From a virus (lineage: Duplodnaviria; Caudoviricetes), in the IMG/VR virus record IMGVR_UViG_3300032285_001526, positions 1-61,361 of that record: a stretch of DNA of 61,361 nt, one strand, 5' to 3'. Positions 1 to 10,208 of the stretch are shown here, piece by piece. A program made the position numbers and the translations under genes. Position 1 is the stretch's first letter, and every line of letters begins with the position of its first letter. The notes beneath the pieces were generated by a model. The model was not told the DNA's origin. It worked only from the letters and a program-made list of their open reading frames with translations, and did no database searches.

Positions 1-123
1 ACCCGCATCCGATCCCGGGCTCGATAACAATCAAGTCCCCGTCTTGATTTGCAATGTCGCAAGCCGCTTTTGTGGCTCCCCAGAAGGCGAGGACTAGGTC
101 GCCTTTCTGTTTCCGGGCGCGAA
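1..123. repeat. Terminal duplication (identical to 61239-61361); circular assembly overlap
   Basis: acccgcatcc...ccgggcgcgaa occurs at both ends and a CDS reads straight through the junction. Confidence 0.97.
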
Positions 124-421
124 TAGCTTCTCCCGCATTTTTGTTGAACGTGTTGACGCAAATATCGTCATTCCCGTACTTAAATCCCTTTTCCCTAAAA
201 TCATAACGTCCATAAGCCTGCTCCTGCACCTCGGTGCTGATCACACTGACGTGTTCGTGCGCATCTGTCACTGAATCAGGGTGCCCGTAGTGAATTGTGC
301 GATACTTGAACGAGTCCCTGAACATTGTCAGAAACTTGCGTACTTTTTGCGTAAACGCGCACCCTACATGCTCGTTGTTGGAGACAGTATGTGGCACTGC
401 CAGACAATGTATTTGCTTCAT
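1..421 (-). CDS. GT4-type glycosyltransferase, 5' part (continues at 61238-60514; 381 aa total)
   Basis: Hand translation from ATG 421: MKQIHCLAVPHTVSNNEHVGCAFTQKVRKF...DLIVIEPGIG, in frame with ORF 60514..61272. Confidence 0.9.
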   Translation of the reverse strand, partial: MKQIHCLAVPHTVSNNEHVGCAFTQKVRKFLTMFRDSFKYRTIHYGHPDSVTDAHEHVSVISTEVQEQAYGRYDFREKGFKYGNDDICVNTFNKNAGEAIRARKQKGDLVLAFWGATKAACDIANQDGDLIVIEPGIGCG

Positions 422-428
422 TGCCGAC

Positions 429-456
429 AAACTATTCAGGCAGGTAGAGCCTGCAA
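429..456 (-). promoter_or_regulatory. Putative sigma70-like promoter, possibly giving a leaderless mRNA
   Basis: TTGCAG-N16-TAGTTT followed 7 nt later by the ATG at 421. Confidence 0.4.
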
Positions 457-462
457 GCAAAA

Positions 463-624
463 TTATGCGTCAGGCGGCAGCGGCGTGTTGCCTTCCGCAA
501 GCCAAGCTAGGTAGGCTTGGTAGTCTGTGTTGGCTGGGTCGCAAGGAATATGAGCACCATCAGATATTCTGATAATGCTATCAAATTGAGAAACAAAAGC
601 TGTAGTTTTTAATAATTTGTACAT
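463..624 (-). CDS. Small tail-fibre-associated (assembly chaperone-like) protein, 53 aa
   Basis: Below the ORF-track cutoff; MYKLLK...[28 protein letters not shown], a motif typical of small genes following phage fibre genes. Confidence 0.8.
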   Translation of the reverse strand: MYKLLKTTAFVSQFDSIIRISDGAHIPCDPANTDYQAYLAWLAEGNTPLPPDA

Positions 625-629
625 AAAAA

Positions 630-1805
630 TTAAAGTTCAGCGGAGTAAATCCCAGTATTTCCAGTTGCAACTAATGCCACAAAAGCGGCTCCACTAGTTC
701 CAATTGCGCTGCCAATTACTCCTGACACATAAATTGAATTTGGATTAATTCCGCTTATTGTAACATTTACAAACGCACTAGAATCTCCGCTATACAAAAC
801 ATGACTTCCAGTAGGAGCAGTGGGAGCAGCTCTCATTGGAACAGGAGTTGGAACAACTCCATAGTACCCTTGTGGTGTTGTTGGAGTTCTAAGCGTTCCT
901 CCAAAATAGAACGAATTTACTGAAAATGCTAAACAATACCTCTGGCACAATGCTAACTCTTCACTATACGGCCTCACCTCAAACGGAGTTGCAAGCAGTC
1001 CTTTTTCAAGCTGAACTCCAGTAATTGAAAGGCTTGCTCCACTACTTGAAGTTAAATCAGATGTTCCTATTGCGGAGTAATATGAAGCAGAAGCCCAAGC
1101 TCCTGCTGTTCCTTTATAAAACGATCCAACGGCAGCACCAAAAGTTAACTGCATTCCAGCGGAGTTATCTGTAGCCCACGTTCCAGAAGTATCTCCAGCA
1201 ACTGCGATTGTCTTATATTCAAAATTTGTTGAAGATGTTGTAAATGTGAATGGATAAGCTCTATTGCCTAAACCATTTTTAATGGCTCCTCCAAATGTTC
1301 CAGCATATGAACTTTTAACCCAAAAAGATATTATGATTGGTTGTGCCGAAGCTGTTCCCCATCCCAAATCAGCAACATTAAATCCCTCAATCCGTTGACT
1401 AATTATCATGTAGTCAGAAGTATTTGGACTATATACTTGCGTGGACGTGACAATAAGCGATTTTGTAAATCCAGTTGCAGTTGTTGAAGACTGTGCAACG
1501 GTAAATTTTCCTGTAGTGTTTTGATTCCACACCCATCTGTCAACGCTATACTGACCATCGACAGGAGTAATGCTTGCCCCAGCATTTCGCTGGTCAATTA
1601 CCATTGCGCCATTAATGATGCGGTTACGGAAACCCCTCAGCCGATCCCCCACGATATCACTGATCGTGCCGTCCTCTTTGCGCATGTAGGCAGTGCCAGT
1701 ATAGGCGTTTACTGCCATCTGACCTGCCGTAGTGAGCGCAGCGGTCGTAGGAGCCGTAGCAGAGCCTGCTGTGGCATTCTTTGTAGGAATAAATGGGATA
1801 GACAT
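630..1805 (-). CDS. Tail fibre / receptor-binding protein
   Basis: N-terminal [10 protein letters not shown] attachment-type motif; [15 protein letters not shown]...VDRW and GVQLEKG...ELALCQRY fibre motifs; AT-rich relative to genome. Confidence 0.8.
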   Translation of the reverse strand: MSIPFIPTKNATAGSATAPTTAALTTAGQMAVNAYTGTAYMRKEDGTISDIVGDRLRGFRNRIINGAMVIDQRNAGASITPVDGQYSVDRWVWNQNTTGKFTVAQSSTTATGFTKSLIVTSTQVYSPNTSDYMIISQRIEGFNVADLGWGTASAQPIIISFWVKSSYAGTFGGAIKNGLGNRAYPFTFTTSSTNFEYKTIAVAGDTSGTWATDNSAGMQLTFGAAVGSFYKGTAGAWASASYYSAIGTSDLTSSSGASLSITGVQLEKGLLATPFEVRPYSEELALCQRYCLAFSVNSFYFGGTLRTPTTPQGYYGVVPTPVPMRAAPTAPTGSHVLYSGDSSAFVNVTISGINPNSIYVSGVIGSAIGTSGAAFVALVATGNTGIYSAEL

Positions 1806-1806
1806 A

Positions 1807-4800
1807 CTAGTAGGTTCCGAAAGAGTTAGCTGTTACGACTGCATCTCTGTTTGCCACAGTAAATGCAAGGGCTGTTCCAGTATTTGTTGGGTTAGCACTT
1901 ACCGTAAATGTTTGAAGCCCTGTAATACTAGCAACAGTCAATGTAGCCGCTCCTGTAATACCAGAGGCAATTGCTGCGCCGACAACAAGTCCAGATGTTG
2001 TTCCAGTAGTTAATGTCACCGTTGTGCTGCCTGTGCTCCAAGTGCCAGACAAGTTCACCAGTGATGTGAGGTACATCGAGGTGTTATCCCATTCTACGGA
2101 ATGCGCTACTGGAGTTGTTGCTATTGCGCCCGCCTGAAAAGCGATCGGAATGTTTCCCCCGGCAGTACCGGGCCAAAAAGTTTGTTTTCCAGAAAATGTG
2201 TTGCCACTGGTTGTCGCATTTGGAGCCCTTTGAGCAATCACCACAGTTGTCCAAGCTGTTCCTCCAGAAGCTGTTGCAGTTACAGATGGAAGCGATTCAG
2301 ACGGTGAGGTTGGATAAATTGAATAGACATTACCTTGTCCATTAGCTACAGTGCTGCATCGTATTATTTGGAAATAGTACGAGGAAGCTAACAACGTGCC
2401 TCTAAACCAAGCTGGGCGCGTATAAACTGGCGCAACTCCAGTTCCGCTTGCCATAGTTACATTGGTCTGTGCCTGTGTTATTGATCCAGATAAATTAACT
2501 GTTCCGCTAGTTCCATTGAATGTTCCAAATGATGCAATGGTGATTGTGTTTGTGAAATTTGGAATTACAATAGTTTGTCCAACTGCAACTGCTCCAGATG
2601 TCACAGAAACAATATTCAAAGACGAGCTGCTTGCTGCAGCTGTTCCAACGAATACAGCCTGATACCCAGTTGTTGTAACAACCCAAGGCCCAACATTCAT
2701 CGTATTAGTTGCACTGCTGCAATTAATATTGTCTCCAACATTTAAAATCGAATGCGAAACAAATGATGGAACCGCAGTGGTTGCTGTAAAGACGTAACTT
2801 GCAGTTGTGCCAGTTCCAAGATTTACGTTTGAAACCACTGGGCGAATTTGAGCAGGGAACCCAAGGTTATTTGCCGCATCGTCACCGCTAGTTCCTCCTG
2901 TTCCACCATTCGCAATAGATACTGGAAGCGAAATACTCGTTCCAGAAGGACCACTTGGACCAGATGCCCCAGATGCACCGCTAGGTCCAGCGACTCCGCT
3001 CGGGCCTGTTGCTCCCAATGCGCCACTAGGGCCTGTAGCTCCCGCCACTCCACTCGGCCCGGTCGCCCCTGTTAAGCCACTAGCTCCACTCGGGCCTGTA
3101 GCTCCCGCAACGCCACTAGGGCCTGTGGCTCCCGTTAACCCTTGCAGACCACTGGGGCCCGTAGCCCCAACAGAACCCTGCGCTCCACTCGGACCTGTAG
3201 GCCCTTGAATTCCTTGGGCTCCACTGGGGCCTGTAGCTCCTGCTGCTCCGCTAGGCCCAGTTGGACCCTGAACTCCTTGTGCCCCGCTAGGGCCAGTTGG
3301 TCCTTGAATTCCCTGCGCTCCGCTCGGTCCCGTAGGTCCAGTTAGCCCGCTAGAGCCTTGCGCCCCGCTTGCTCCCGTAGCCCCAACTGCTCCACTCGGG
3401 CCTGTAGCTCCTGCAACACCGCTCGCTCCTTGCAAGCCGCTCGGCCCTGTTGCTCCAGTTAGACCCTGAATGCCACTGGCCCCTGTAGGCCCCTGCACTC
3501 CGCTCGGACCCGTTGCGCCCGTCAAGCCACTAGCCCCGCTAGGTCCAGCTAGTCCGCTTGCCCCGGTTGCTCCCTGTGCTCCACTAGGCCCGGTCGCCCC
3601 CGTCAACCCGCTTGCGCCAATAGGGCCTGTAGCCCCTGTGCTGCCGGGAATGCCGCTTGCACCACTTGGCCCTGTTGAACCTTGCAATCCTTGTGCCCCG
3701 CTCGGGCCTGTCGCTCCTGCAACGCCACTGGCACCCGTAGGACCACTTGCCCCTTGTAAGCCGCTCGCCCCAGTTGCTCCAACTAAACCTTGGGATCCGC
3801 TCGGACCAGTTGGCCCGGTCAACCCTTGTGCCCCACTCGGACCTGTTGCTCCCTGCGTGCCCTGAGCACCGCTGGGGCCTGTGGCTCCCGTTAATCCGCT
3901 CGCACCTTGAACCCCACTTGCCCCGGTCGCTCCTTGTAGACCTTGCAGTCCACTTGGCCCCGTTGCTCCAGTAAGTCCGCTTGCTCCTTGTGCCCCGCTC
4001 GGGCCTGTAGCACCAATAGCCCCGCTCGGTCCCGTAGCCCCCGTCAAACCAATAACTCCGCTCGGTCCCGTAGGCCCTGCAACGCCGCTTGCTCCAGTTG
4101 CTCCCTGCACACCACTTGCACCCTGCGTCCCGCTCGGCCCAGTAGCACCTACAAGCCCGCTCGCTCCGCTAGGCCCTGTGGAACCTGTAGGGCCTGTAGC
4201 CCCCGTCACGCCGCTAGGCCCCGTAGGCCCTGTTGCCCCAGTGGCTCCCGTTGCCCCTACTAAACCTGAAGATACTACTGCCCAAATGACTTGATGATTA
4301 TTTGCAAAATTTGTAGTGCCAGTCCCTCCAGAGGTCACAAGAGTGACAGGCAAGATAATGTAGGAATTACTCCCAATTGTCGGAGTGCCGTTAATTTTCC
4401 ACGTCTGAAAATTATCTGAGTTGTTCTGATCCTGAATAACAAAACTGTCCCCGTTTTTATAAAGCGGGAAAAACACTTCGATATCATTGCCAGAAGTGTC
4501 AATGTGCGAAAAACAAACTTGAGTTGCTGTTATTTGGGAAACTTGATTCCAGCGCACGTCGCCGTTACTAAGCGGTCCCATTGTCTGGGAAGCAGTATCT
4601 GTCTTGTAATTGAAAAATGATGCAGACTGCCCTGCTGGACCTGTTGCTCCCGTTGCACCAACTAATCCGCTAGGCCCTGTTGCTCCCGTAAGTCCGCTCG
4701 CTCCGCTTGGACCCGTTGCGCCCACAAGACCACTAGGCCCCGTAGCTCCTGTCAACCCGCTTGCCCCGGTAGCTCCCACACTTCCGCTAGGCCCCGTTGC

Positions 4801-5607
4801 TCCAACTAAGCCACTAGCTCCAGTTGATCCCACTAAACCGCTTGCCCCGGTAGCCCCAACATTTCCAGTAGCCCCGGTTGCGCCAACCAACCCGCTAGGT
4901 CCAGTTGCACCTACGAGTCCACTAGCTCCCGTTGCCCCCGCGCCTCCACTCGGCCCGGTTGCACCTACAAGTCCGCTCGGCCCGGTTGCACCAATTAGCC
5001 CGCTCGCTCCGCTTGCTCCAGTCGCCCCTACATTCCCGCTTGCTCCAGTTGCTCCTACTAAACCGCTCGGGCCTGTGGCTCCAGTTGATCCGCTTGCACC
5101 GCTCGGGCCTGTAGCTCCAACCGTTCCGCTGGCACCTGTTGCTCCCACGCTGCCACTTGCACCTGTGGCTCCCGTAAGCCCGCTCGGCCCTGATGGCCCA
5201 ACGCTGCCGCTTGCCCCTGTTGCGCCTGCAATTCCGCTAGGACCGCTCGGCCCTGTGGCTCCACTCGGCCCCATCAAGCCACTCGGGCCTGTTGCGCCAG
5301 CAATGCCACTCGGCCCGGTCGGCCCAGTTGCCCCGGTTGCGCCCATAATGCTGCTATTCTGTAAGGCGCGGATGAAATAGCACATCAGCCCTTCCCCGGG
5401 AAGCCGAGGAATGCCAAAAATTGTTGCTGACTGATTAGGATCGCAAGGAATAGTCCAAACCACCTTACGGTTTACAACAGTCTTTGTAATTGTGCCATAA
5501 AGAGCCGTTGTTAGGTTATCTATAAGCGAAGGAACCGACTCTTGCGACACACTCGGGTAAGGAGTGTCTTTACGGCAAATGCTGTTGTACCCGTTGTCGC
5601 CATTCAT
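1807..5607 (-). CDS. Collagen-like tail fibre protein (1266 aa)
   Basis: Two long Gly-X-Y tracts ([12 protein letters not shown]), SIANGGTG fibre motif, C-terminal beta-rich region. Confidence 0.9.
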   Translation of the reverse strand: MNGDNGYNSICRKDTPYPSVSQESVPSLIDNLTTALYGTITKTVVNRKVVWTIPCDPNQSATIFGIPRLPGEGLMCYFIRALQNSSIMGATGATGPTGPSGIAGATGPSGLMGPSGATGPSGPSGIAGATGASGSVGPSGPSGLTGATGASGSVGATGASGTVGATGPSGASGSTGATGPSGLVGATGASGNVGATGASGASGLIGATGPSGLVGATGPSGGAGATGASGLVGATGPSGLVGATGATGNVGATGASGLVGSTGASGLVGATGPSGSVGATGASGLTGATGPSGLVGATGPSGASGLTGATGPSGLVGATGATGPAGQSASFFNYKTDTASQTMGPLSNGDVRWNQVSQITATQVCFSHIDTSGNDIEVFFPLYKNGDSFVIQDQNNSDNFQTWKINGTPTIGSNSYIILPVTLVTSGGTGTTNFANNHQVIWAVVSSGLVGATGATGATGPTGPSGVTGATGPTGSTGPSGASGLVGATGPSGTQGASGVQGATGASGVAGPTGPSGVIGLTGATGPSGAIGATGPSGAQGASGLTGATGPSGLQGLQGATGASGVQGASGLTGATGPSGAQGTQGATGPSGAQGLTGPTGPSGSQGLVGATGASGLQGASGPTGASGVAGATGPSGAQGLQGSTGPSGASGIPGSTGATGPIGASGLTGATGPSGAQGATGASGLAGPSGASGLTGATGPSGVQGPTGASGIQGLTGATGPSGLQGASGVAGATGPSGAVGATGASGAQGSSGLTGPTGPSGAQGIQGPTGPSGAQGVQGPTGPSGAAGATGPSGAQGIQGPTGPSGAQGSVGATGPSGLQGLTGATGPSGVAGATGPSGASGLTGATGPSGVAGATGPSGALGATGPSGVAGPSGASGASGPSGPSGTSISLPVSIANGGTGGTSGDDAANNLGFPAQIRPVVSNVNLGTGTTASYVFTATTAVPSFVSHSILNVGDNINCSSATNTMNVGPWVVTTTGYQAVFVGTAAASSSSLNIVSVTSGAVAVGQTIVIPNFTNTITIASFGTFNGTSGTVNLSGSITQAQTNVTMASGTGVAPVYTRPAWFRGTLLASSYYFQIIRCSTVANGQGNVYSIYPTSPSESLPSVTATASGGTAWTTVVIAQRAPNATTSGNTFSGKQTFWPGTAGGNIPIAFQAGAIATTPVAHSVEWDNTSMYLTSLVNLSGTWSTGSTTVTLTTGTTSGLVVGAAIASGITGAATLTVASITGLQTFTVSANPTNTGTALAFTVANRDAVVTANSFGTY
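2935..4266 (-). repeat. Collagen Gly-X-Y tract 2 (about 148 triplets)
   Basis: Degenerate 9-bp periodic repeats encoding GAT/GPS/GAS/GxQ. Confidence 0.9.
4624..5343 (-). repeat. Collagen Gly-X-Y tract 1 (about 80 triplets)
   Basis: Degenerate 9-bp periodic repeats encoding GAT/GPS/GLV. Confidence 0.9.
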
Positions 5608-5613
5608 AGTTTA

Positions 5614-5642
5614 AAAGTAATAATTCGCAGTTTAATCGTCAA
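5614..5642 (-). promoter_or_regulatory. Putative sigma70-like promoter for the collagen fibre gene
   Basis: TTGACG-N17-TACTTT, 6 nt before the ATG at 5607. Confidence 0.5.
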
Positions 5643-5654
5643 CGCTGACTTCTG

Positions 5655-6338
5655 TTAATAAGTCCCAAAGTTGACATCTGCGGTTAAGTCCACTTCTTGA
5701 GCGGATGTAATCTGCCCCAATTGATTGATGGCAATTTTCGGAATCTTGCTTTGAGTCCCGTATGTCCCGGGAACCACTGCGGTTGCTAAATTCGTTTCTC
5801 CAGCCTGCACCAGTTGCCCCCGAGCGTTGACTTGAAAGGTTGGAAACTTTGAGCTTGAGCCATAAGTTCCAGCAACAACCGCAGTATTAGCCAACGTCAG
5901 CGTGAGATCTGCGCTTAATGCTCCTCCACCACTCAACCCGGACGAGGTAGAAATCTGCCTTGTAGTTGGAACAGCACCTAAATTTACAAGAGCTTGAGGA
6001 GCAGTGGTTGCACCTGTGCCTCCGTAAGCGATTTGCAGCACTCCACCAGAGTAAACAGTATTGAAGTACCGAATAAAATAGCAGAGCAGCCCCTCACCCG
6101 GATTGCGTGTAAAGCTCCCAATCTGTGCAGTGTTATTGGGGTCGCAAGGGATGATCCAGACAATTTTTCCCTGAGAAACGTCTTTTTGAATCTCCCCGTA
6201 AAGAGCCAGCGTGAGATTAGCAATGAGCGAAGGCACCGACTCTGCTGATGCAATGGGATACGGAGTGTCCGTATTACAAAGGTTATTGTAAGAATCGTTC
6301 CCTCCAAAAGGGGTCATGTCTCCGCATCCGCAGCTCAT
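5655..6338 (-). CDS. Short fibre/adaptor protein, N-terminus paralogous to the collagen fibre
   Basis: Shares DTPYP..ESVPSLI.NLT.ALYG..W.IPCDPN..PGEGL.CYFIR with 1807..5607; has IAYGGTGATT and GTYG fibre repeats. Confidence 0.75.
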   Translation of the reverse strand: MSCGCGDMTPFGGNDSYNNLCNTDTPYPIASAESVPSLIANLTLALYGEIQKDVSQGKIVWIIPCDPNNTAQIGSFTRNPGEGLLCYFIRYFNTVYSGGVLQIAYGGTGATTAPQALVNLGAVPTTRQISTSSGLSGGGALSADLTLTLANTAVVAGTYGSSSKFPTFQVNARGQLVQAGETNLATAVVPGTYGTQSKIPKIAINQLGQITSAQEVDLTADVNFGTY

Positions 6339-6340
6339 AA

Positions 6341-6577
6341 TTAGTGGTTCTCTCGTTGTTTAAGTGCCGCTACTGCGTTAATAGCATCCTGTTCGCAAGC
6401 TGCATACCTAGCAGCCGAGTGCCAAGTCTCATTGCCCACTGCTGTGTACGTTTGGCCCGGGGACAGCTTCAATATCCCGTTGGGTGGAAACACTGAGCCC
6501 AGAGGAACTGAGGAGACGCTGGTGCAAGATGTCTGCGCGAGCGTCATCGCCAGCAGCGCGAGCTTTGAGTATTTCAT
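6341..6577 (-). CDS. Putative o-spanin-like lipoprotein
   Basis: MKYSKLALLAMTLAQTSC signal/lipobox-like N-terminus, overlapping 6429..6695 in another frame in the lysis cassette. Confidence 0.5.
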   Translation of the reverse strand: MKYSKLALLAMTLAQTSCTSVSSVPLGSVFPPNGILKLSPGQTYTAVGNETWHSAARYAACEQDAINAVAALKQRENH

Positions 6578-6695
6578 TTTGAACGTCATCACAGTAGTTT
6601 TCAATGTCTCGCTCAAGCTCCCATTTTGCTCGGATAGCCTTGATGCTCAAGTACGACTCAGCGAGCTTGAGGAGGGACAACAGCAGAGGCAGCAT
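6429..6695 (-). CDS. Putative i-spanin-like protein
   Basis: Hydrophobic N-terminus (MLPLLLSLLKLA) plus helical charged segment; downstream of the endolysin. Confidence 0.45.
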   Translation of the reverse strand: MLPLLLSLLKLAESYLSIKAIRAKWELERDIENYCDDVQNEILKARAAGDDARADILHQRLLSSSGLSVSTQRDIEAVPGPNVHSSGQ

Positions 6696-6942
6696 TAGGG
6701 ATGGAGGATGGAACTTGAATCGCAGGAGAAATCTGAACAGGAGCAACGGTAGCTTCTGCTTTTGCGTGAGCAGCTTTTTGTTGCTTTATGAAAAAAGCAG
6801 CACAAGCCGCCAATGCTGCCAAAGTATGCGCCACAGTGGTCACCGCACCGTCTGGAGCATGCACTCCGACCATTACGAGTAGCCCGGACAGCCCGGCATA
6901 AGAGGAATCTTCCTGAAGTCGTTCGAGGATGTAGTCTAGCAT
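6658..6942 (-). CDS. Putative holin / small membrane protein
   Basis: RLQEDSSYAGL motif and two hydrophobic segments, directly after the endolysin. Confidence 0.55.
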   Translation of the reverse strand: MLDYILERLQEDSSYAGLSGLLVMVGVHAPDGAVTTVAHTLAALAACAAFFIKQQKAAHAKAEATVAPVQISPAIQVPSSIPNAASAVVPPQAR

Positions 6943-7463
6943 ATTTTTGTTATTGTTTGTTTGAGATCTGAGACTCTGTTTAACCAACCGCTTTTAGCAT
7001 AGTTGAATTGAGGCTTTTGCTTGCAGAGGTCTTTGTAAAATTGCTCCTTCTTTTGGCAAAGTGCTAAAGCCACTTCATTGGCAGGCTTAACCTTACAAGC
7101 TTCGACAGCAGCCGCAATGGTAGCAGGCCCCACAAGCCCGTCATCTTTGACTCCTACAGTGCGCTGAAGCAATAATGCACCTTGATGCTCTCCAGAATTC
7201 ACGCACGCATCAAAATAAGCAAAGCACAAAGGCCAAGGAATCTTGTCTGCTTTGCACTGAAGCCATTCTTGCCAGTAAATTTGAGTTGCCTGTTCTTGCG
7301 TGAGGTTTTCTATGTCCACGCCGGGGTGAGATCTCTGATCTATGCCGTACTTTGTTGTTCCACCCGGGTCTCTGGGGTCATGCTCGCTCACCACTTTGCC
7401 GCGAGACATCACATTTTCGTGTTCAAAGATAAACTTCATCGAATCAAGGAATTCTTTGGTCAT
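6936..7463 (-). CDS. Endolysin, glycoside hydrolase family 108-like
   Basis: HE...DPRDPGGTTKYGI, FDACVNSG, DGLVGPATI and C-terminal GWLNRV motifs; ATGA overlap with upstream gene. Confidence 0.9.
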   Translation of the reverse strand: MTKEFLDSMKFIFEHENVMSRGKVVSEHDPRDPGGTTKYGIDQRSHPGVDIENLTQEQATQIYWQEWLQCKADKIPWPLCFAYFDACVNSGEHQGALLLQRTVGVKDDGLVGPATIAAAVEACKVKPANEVALALCQKKEQFYKDLCKQKPQFNYAKSGWLNRVSDLKQTITKIC

Positions 7464-7699
7464 TGCGCATTCCTTTCTAAAATCCTTGCCCACAATTCTT
7501 TTCTATCTCGTTCGCAATCAAGTATCGCTTCTCTCAAGTCGTTGATTTGGTCCCCTAATGCCTTGAGATGTTCATTTCGTTCTTCGTTAAGCTTTGTGAT
7601 CAAACCTTTGTTCATGTTCTGCATCCAATACAGGGCAACGCAGAACATCACGAAGTACGGACCTTGTCCGCTTGCAGTTTTTAACAAAAGCTCTTCCAT
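7460..7699 (-). CDS. Small membrane protein (holin/antiholin-like)
   Basis: One TM segment plus coiled coil, immediately before the endolysin. Confidence 0.5.
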   Translation of the reverse strand: MEELLLKTASGQGPYFVMFCVALYWMQNMNKGLITKLNEERNEHLKALGDQINDLREAILDCERDRKELWARILERNAQ

Positions 7700-7728
7700 T
7701 TTAGCCGTTTCTTAAAGTTGACCTGATC

Positions 7729-7758
7729 AGAGAGGGCTGAGTTTCCCCAACCCCCTCT
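7729..7758 (-). terminator. GAAA-loop hairpin after the capsid gene
   Basis: AGAGGGGGTTGGG-GAAA-CTCAGCCCTCTCT 13-bp stem with G-U pairs; no clear U tract. Confidence 0.5.
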
Positions 7759-7774
7759 TCATCAAGTCAATCTC

Positions 7775-8989
7775 TTAGAGACCAGTCGCTGCCGTCGAGC
7801 AAGGCGTCGGCATGCCGTCAAACGGACAACGCTTGAACAGGACAGGCAACACATTCTGCGGACGAATTGGCTGAATTGCACGACTGATTTGGTAGATGTG
7901 CTGACCAAAGTCGCCGTACAAATTACAATCGTTGTCCCTGAAGTAAGTCCATTCCAGCTCGCCCATTGCGAGTTGCGGAGCAAACTTAAACGTGCCTTCT
8001 CCAACGTAGTTTTCAGGCACCAAACGCTTGAATGCGTCACCTGCAATTACGAACCCAACTTCGTAAGGAGCATTGACCCAGTCAGGGTTGCGACGTTGAG
8101 CAAACCCGTTCGTGACAGCAGTGCTGATGATCGGGTTGACCAAAACGAGGTTGCCGTTGCCATCGAAGCCAGTGGCCCGGAGAGGCTGCTGATCGATGCC
8201 GAAAGCAAACCCACGATAGCCTTGGAACTGGTAGCCAGAGATGGAGTCTTCACCCAGCTTGAACGAACCAGCAGTGAGGTACAACAGGTCTTCCTTTACG
8301 TCAGCGTCGTTGCGGATCTGTTCGATAGCATCAGCACCGAGCATGACTTGGAAAAACTCGCCTTCCTTAGCAGCAAAGGGCTCTGCAAGCATTTCTTCAC
8401 GCAGGAACGTGCCGAGACGGTAGAGAGTCTTGAAGTTAAGGTGCGAGTCGGGCAGGGTCTGCGCGAACTTCGTATTGATGTTCTGCATGTCCCCGGTGAG
8501 GTTGCCACCGAACGTGCCAGTGGAGTTCACAACGTACTTCACACCAGACTGAATCAGGTACTGATACCGAATGTCAGCGTTGATGATCTGAAGGATGGTC
8601 TTTTCGAGGGAAACCTGAGCCTGCAAGTAGCTGCCCTTGAAAGCAGTACGAGCCTGCTTAACGCAAACGCGAGGACCAGCCCCACGAAGCGTCTGAAGCT
8701 GGAACTGGTACTCGGTCGAACCAACCTGATCGGGGTTGGCACCAACGCCGCAAAGCGTAGTGTCATCAACGAAGGTTGGGCTCGCCAAAGAAGCAGCGGG
8801 AACTGCCATTTCTTCCACAACGCTGCGAACAACGTCGGAAACATTAGGAAGGGTGCCACCATCAATCGAGTTGATGTAAGGGCTCTTCCGGGCCAAGACC
8901 TTAGCGATCTGACCAATGATGCGGTTAACGTCCTTAGAAGCGAAGTTCTGGATCGTTGCCAACGGGATACAATTGTTTGTGTCTGCCAT
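7775..8989 (-). CDS. Major capsid protein
   Basis: 404 aa, downstream of portal and scaffold, biased codon use, followed by a hairpin. Confidence 0.8.
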   Translation of the reverse strand: MADTNNCIPLATIQNFASKDVNRIIGQIAKVLARKSPYINSIDGGTLPNVSDVVRSVVEEMAVPAASLASPTFVDDTTLCGVGANPDQVGSTEYQFQLQTLRGAGPRVCVKQARTAFKGSYLQAQVSLEKTILQIINADIRYQYLIQSGVKYVVNSTGTFGGNLTGDMQNINTKFAQTLPDSHLNFKTLYRLGTFLREEMLAEPFAAKEGEFFQVMLGADAIEQIRNDADVKEDLLYLTAGSFKLGEDSISGYQFQGYRGFAFGIDQQPLRATGFDGNGNLVLVNPIISTAVTNGFAQRRNPDWVNAPYEVGFVIAGDAFKRLVPENYVGEGTFKFAPQLAMGELEWTYFRDNDCNLYGDFGQHIYQISRAIQPIRPQNVLPVLFKRCPFDGMPTPCSTAATGL

Positions 8990-9039
8990 AATAAGTTACA
9001 AGGTTTCTGAGTTTGAGTTTGGTTGTTTGGGGGGTTGTT

Positions 9040-10008
9040 TTAAGGGTTGGTTGAAATGCGGAATCCGAATCCAGCTTCAAGTTTGTCTGGATCACGAAAC
9101 CCACGATTCATTGTTCTGGACAGGCTTGCATCTGATGTCCAATTGCCTCCGCGAACCCTACGCCCATAAAGCGGGGCTGCGTCGTCAAATATCCACTCAG
9201 CTACGTTCCCACTCATGTCATAGAAACCCAGTTCATTAGCGGCTTTACCACCAACTGCCTGTGCTTTTGCTCCGGGGACGACATTGTCGCGTGTCCACGC
9301 AACTGCGCTCACATTGTTGCTTCCAGAATAGGTGTACGAACCGCTTGAGACACCGCCCCAAGCTGCCCATTCCCACTCTTTTTCAGTTGGCAGTCTGTAG
9401 CCAGCCGCAGATGCATCAACCAAAGGAACAACTGATCCACTGGAGTAGATGACTTTTGCTGTTGCAGATGTTGCCGACGCAGTTCCACTCACTACCGTCT
9501 GGTAGGTGAACTGCGTGCCGTTAGTGACAGTAACAGGACGCACCAGATTGTATCCAATGGGCGTTGCCCCGGTCACATTGACGTAGTTGCCAGTGGACAA
9601 CTTGTGCCCAGTGGGAACCGTTGCCGTTGCAGTGCCACCTGTGCTCGTCAAAGACGTGATAGCCAGTGTCCCGGTGTAGTACACAGGGGTAAGGCTGTTT
9701 GTCAGAGACGCAGCGTTGCACCATTTGACGGCAGTGTACCAAGTCACATTTTCAACCGGGGCAGTCGAGCTGTTCCCAGATCCAAGTGTGCTGATATCAA
9801 AGCCAGCGTAAGAGCGGATTGACTGGAATTCCGTCCAGTTTACCTCAGTTGTGCCCAGTTTTACGCTAGGCGCAGCCTGACCTTTAAAATTAGTGCCAGC
9901 CCCAAAAGTGCCTGCGGAAACAGTGATCAGCGTGTTGTACGCTGCGTTGCTTTCTGCGACACCAAAGGCCAACGCCAAAACTACCGATGCGATTTTTGCG
10001 AGTTTCAT
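9040..10008 (-). CDS. Secreted FGE/sulfatase-modifying-factor (C-type-lectin fold) domain protein with inserted beta domain
   Basis: Signal peptide MKLAKIASVVLALAFGVAESNA; PVENVTW..AVKWCN, GYRLPTEKEWEWAA, NELGFYDMSGNVAEW, RGGNW, GFR motifs. Confidence 0.85.
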   Translation of the reverse strand: MKLAKIASVVLALAFGVAESNAAYNTLITVSAGTFGAGTNFKGQAAPSVKLGTTEVNWTEFQSIRSYAGFDISTLGSGNSSTAPVENVTWYTAVKWCNAASLTNSLTPVYYTGTLAITSLTSTGGTATATVPTGHKLSTGNYVNVTGATPIGYNLVRPVTVTNGTQFTYQTVVSGTASATSATAKVIYSSGSVVPLVDASAAGYRLPTEKEWEWAAWGGVSSGSYTYSGSNNVSAVAWTRDNVVPGAKAQAVGGKAANELGFYDMSGNVAEWIFDDAAPLYGRRVRGGNWTSDASLSRTMNRGFRDPDKLEAGFGFRISTNP

Positions 10009-10009
10009 G

Positions 10010-10204
10010 CGAGGTTCTGCGATTTCCCCTGAACCTTGCTGAAACCCACTCAGGCACAACAAGATCCAAGGATGAGTAATAAAGCAATGCTTTACAACTC
10101 AGAGGTTTGGTTCTTTGTTGCCCCTGTCGGCTGGGCTGATTTACGACCTATTTGCGGTTTACGTCCGCCAACGGATATCATACGGAGATATCACACCGAG
10201 TTGT
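10010..10204 (-). ncRNA. Putative structured 5' leader / ncRNA
   Basis: About 195-nt non-coding stretch with a 9-bp closing stem (10196-10204 with 10094-10102) and internal hairpins, starting just after a promoter. Confidence 0.4.
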
Positions 10205-10208
10205 TGCG

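Noticed and set aside
1-123. Biological direct terminal repeat
   Set aside because: It falls mid-gene and is best explained as assembler overlap
2935-5343. CRISPR-like or tandem non-coding repeat array
   Set aside because: Repeats are degenerate 9-bp codon periodicity within an open collagen frame, with no spacers
3470-5380. Plus-strand Pro/Val/Ala-rich ORFs
   Set aside because: Antisense shadows of the collagen repeats
7889-9010. 373-aa plus-strand ORF, and other long plus-strand ORFs such as 37129..37866
   Set aside because: Antisense to well-supported genes with biased codon use; no recognisable motifs
9040-9200. Diversity-generating retroelement target (FGE/C-lectin C-terminus)
   Set aside because: No reverse transcriptase gene and no second near-identical template repeat seen in the genome
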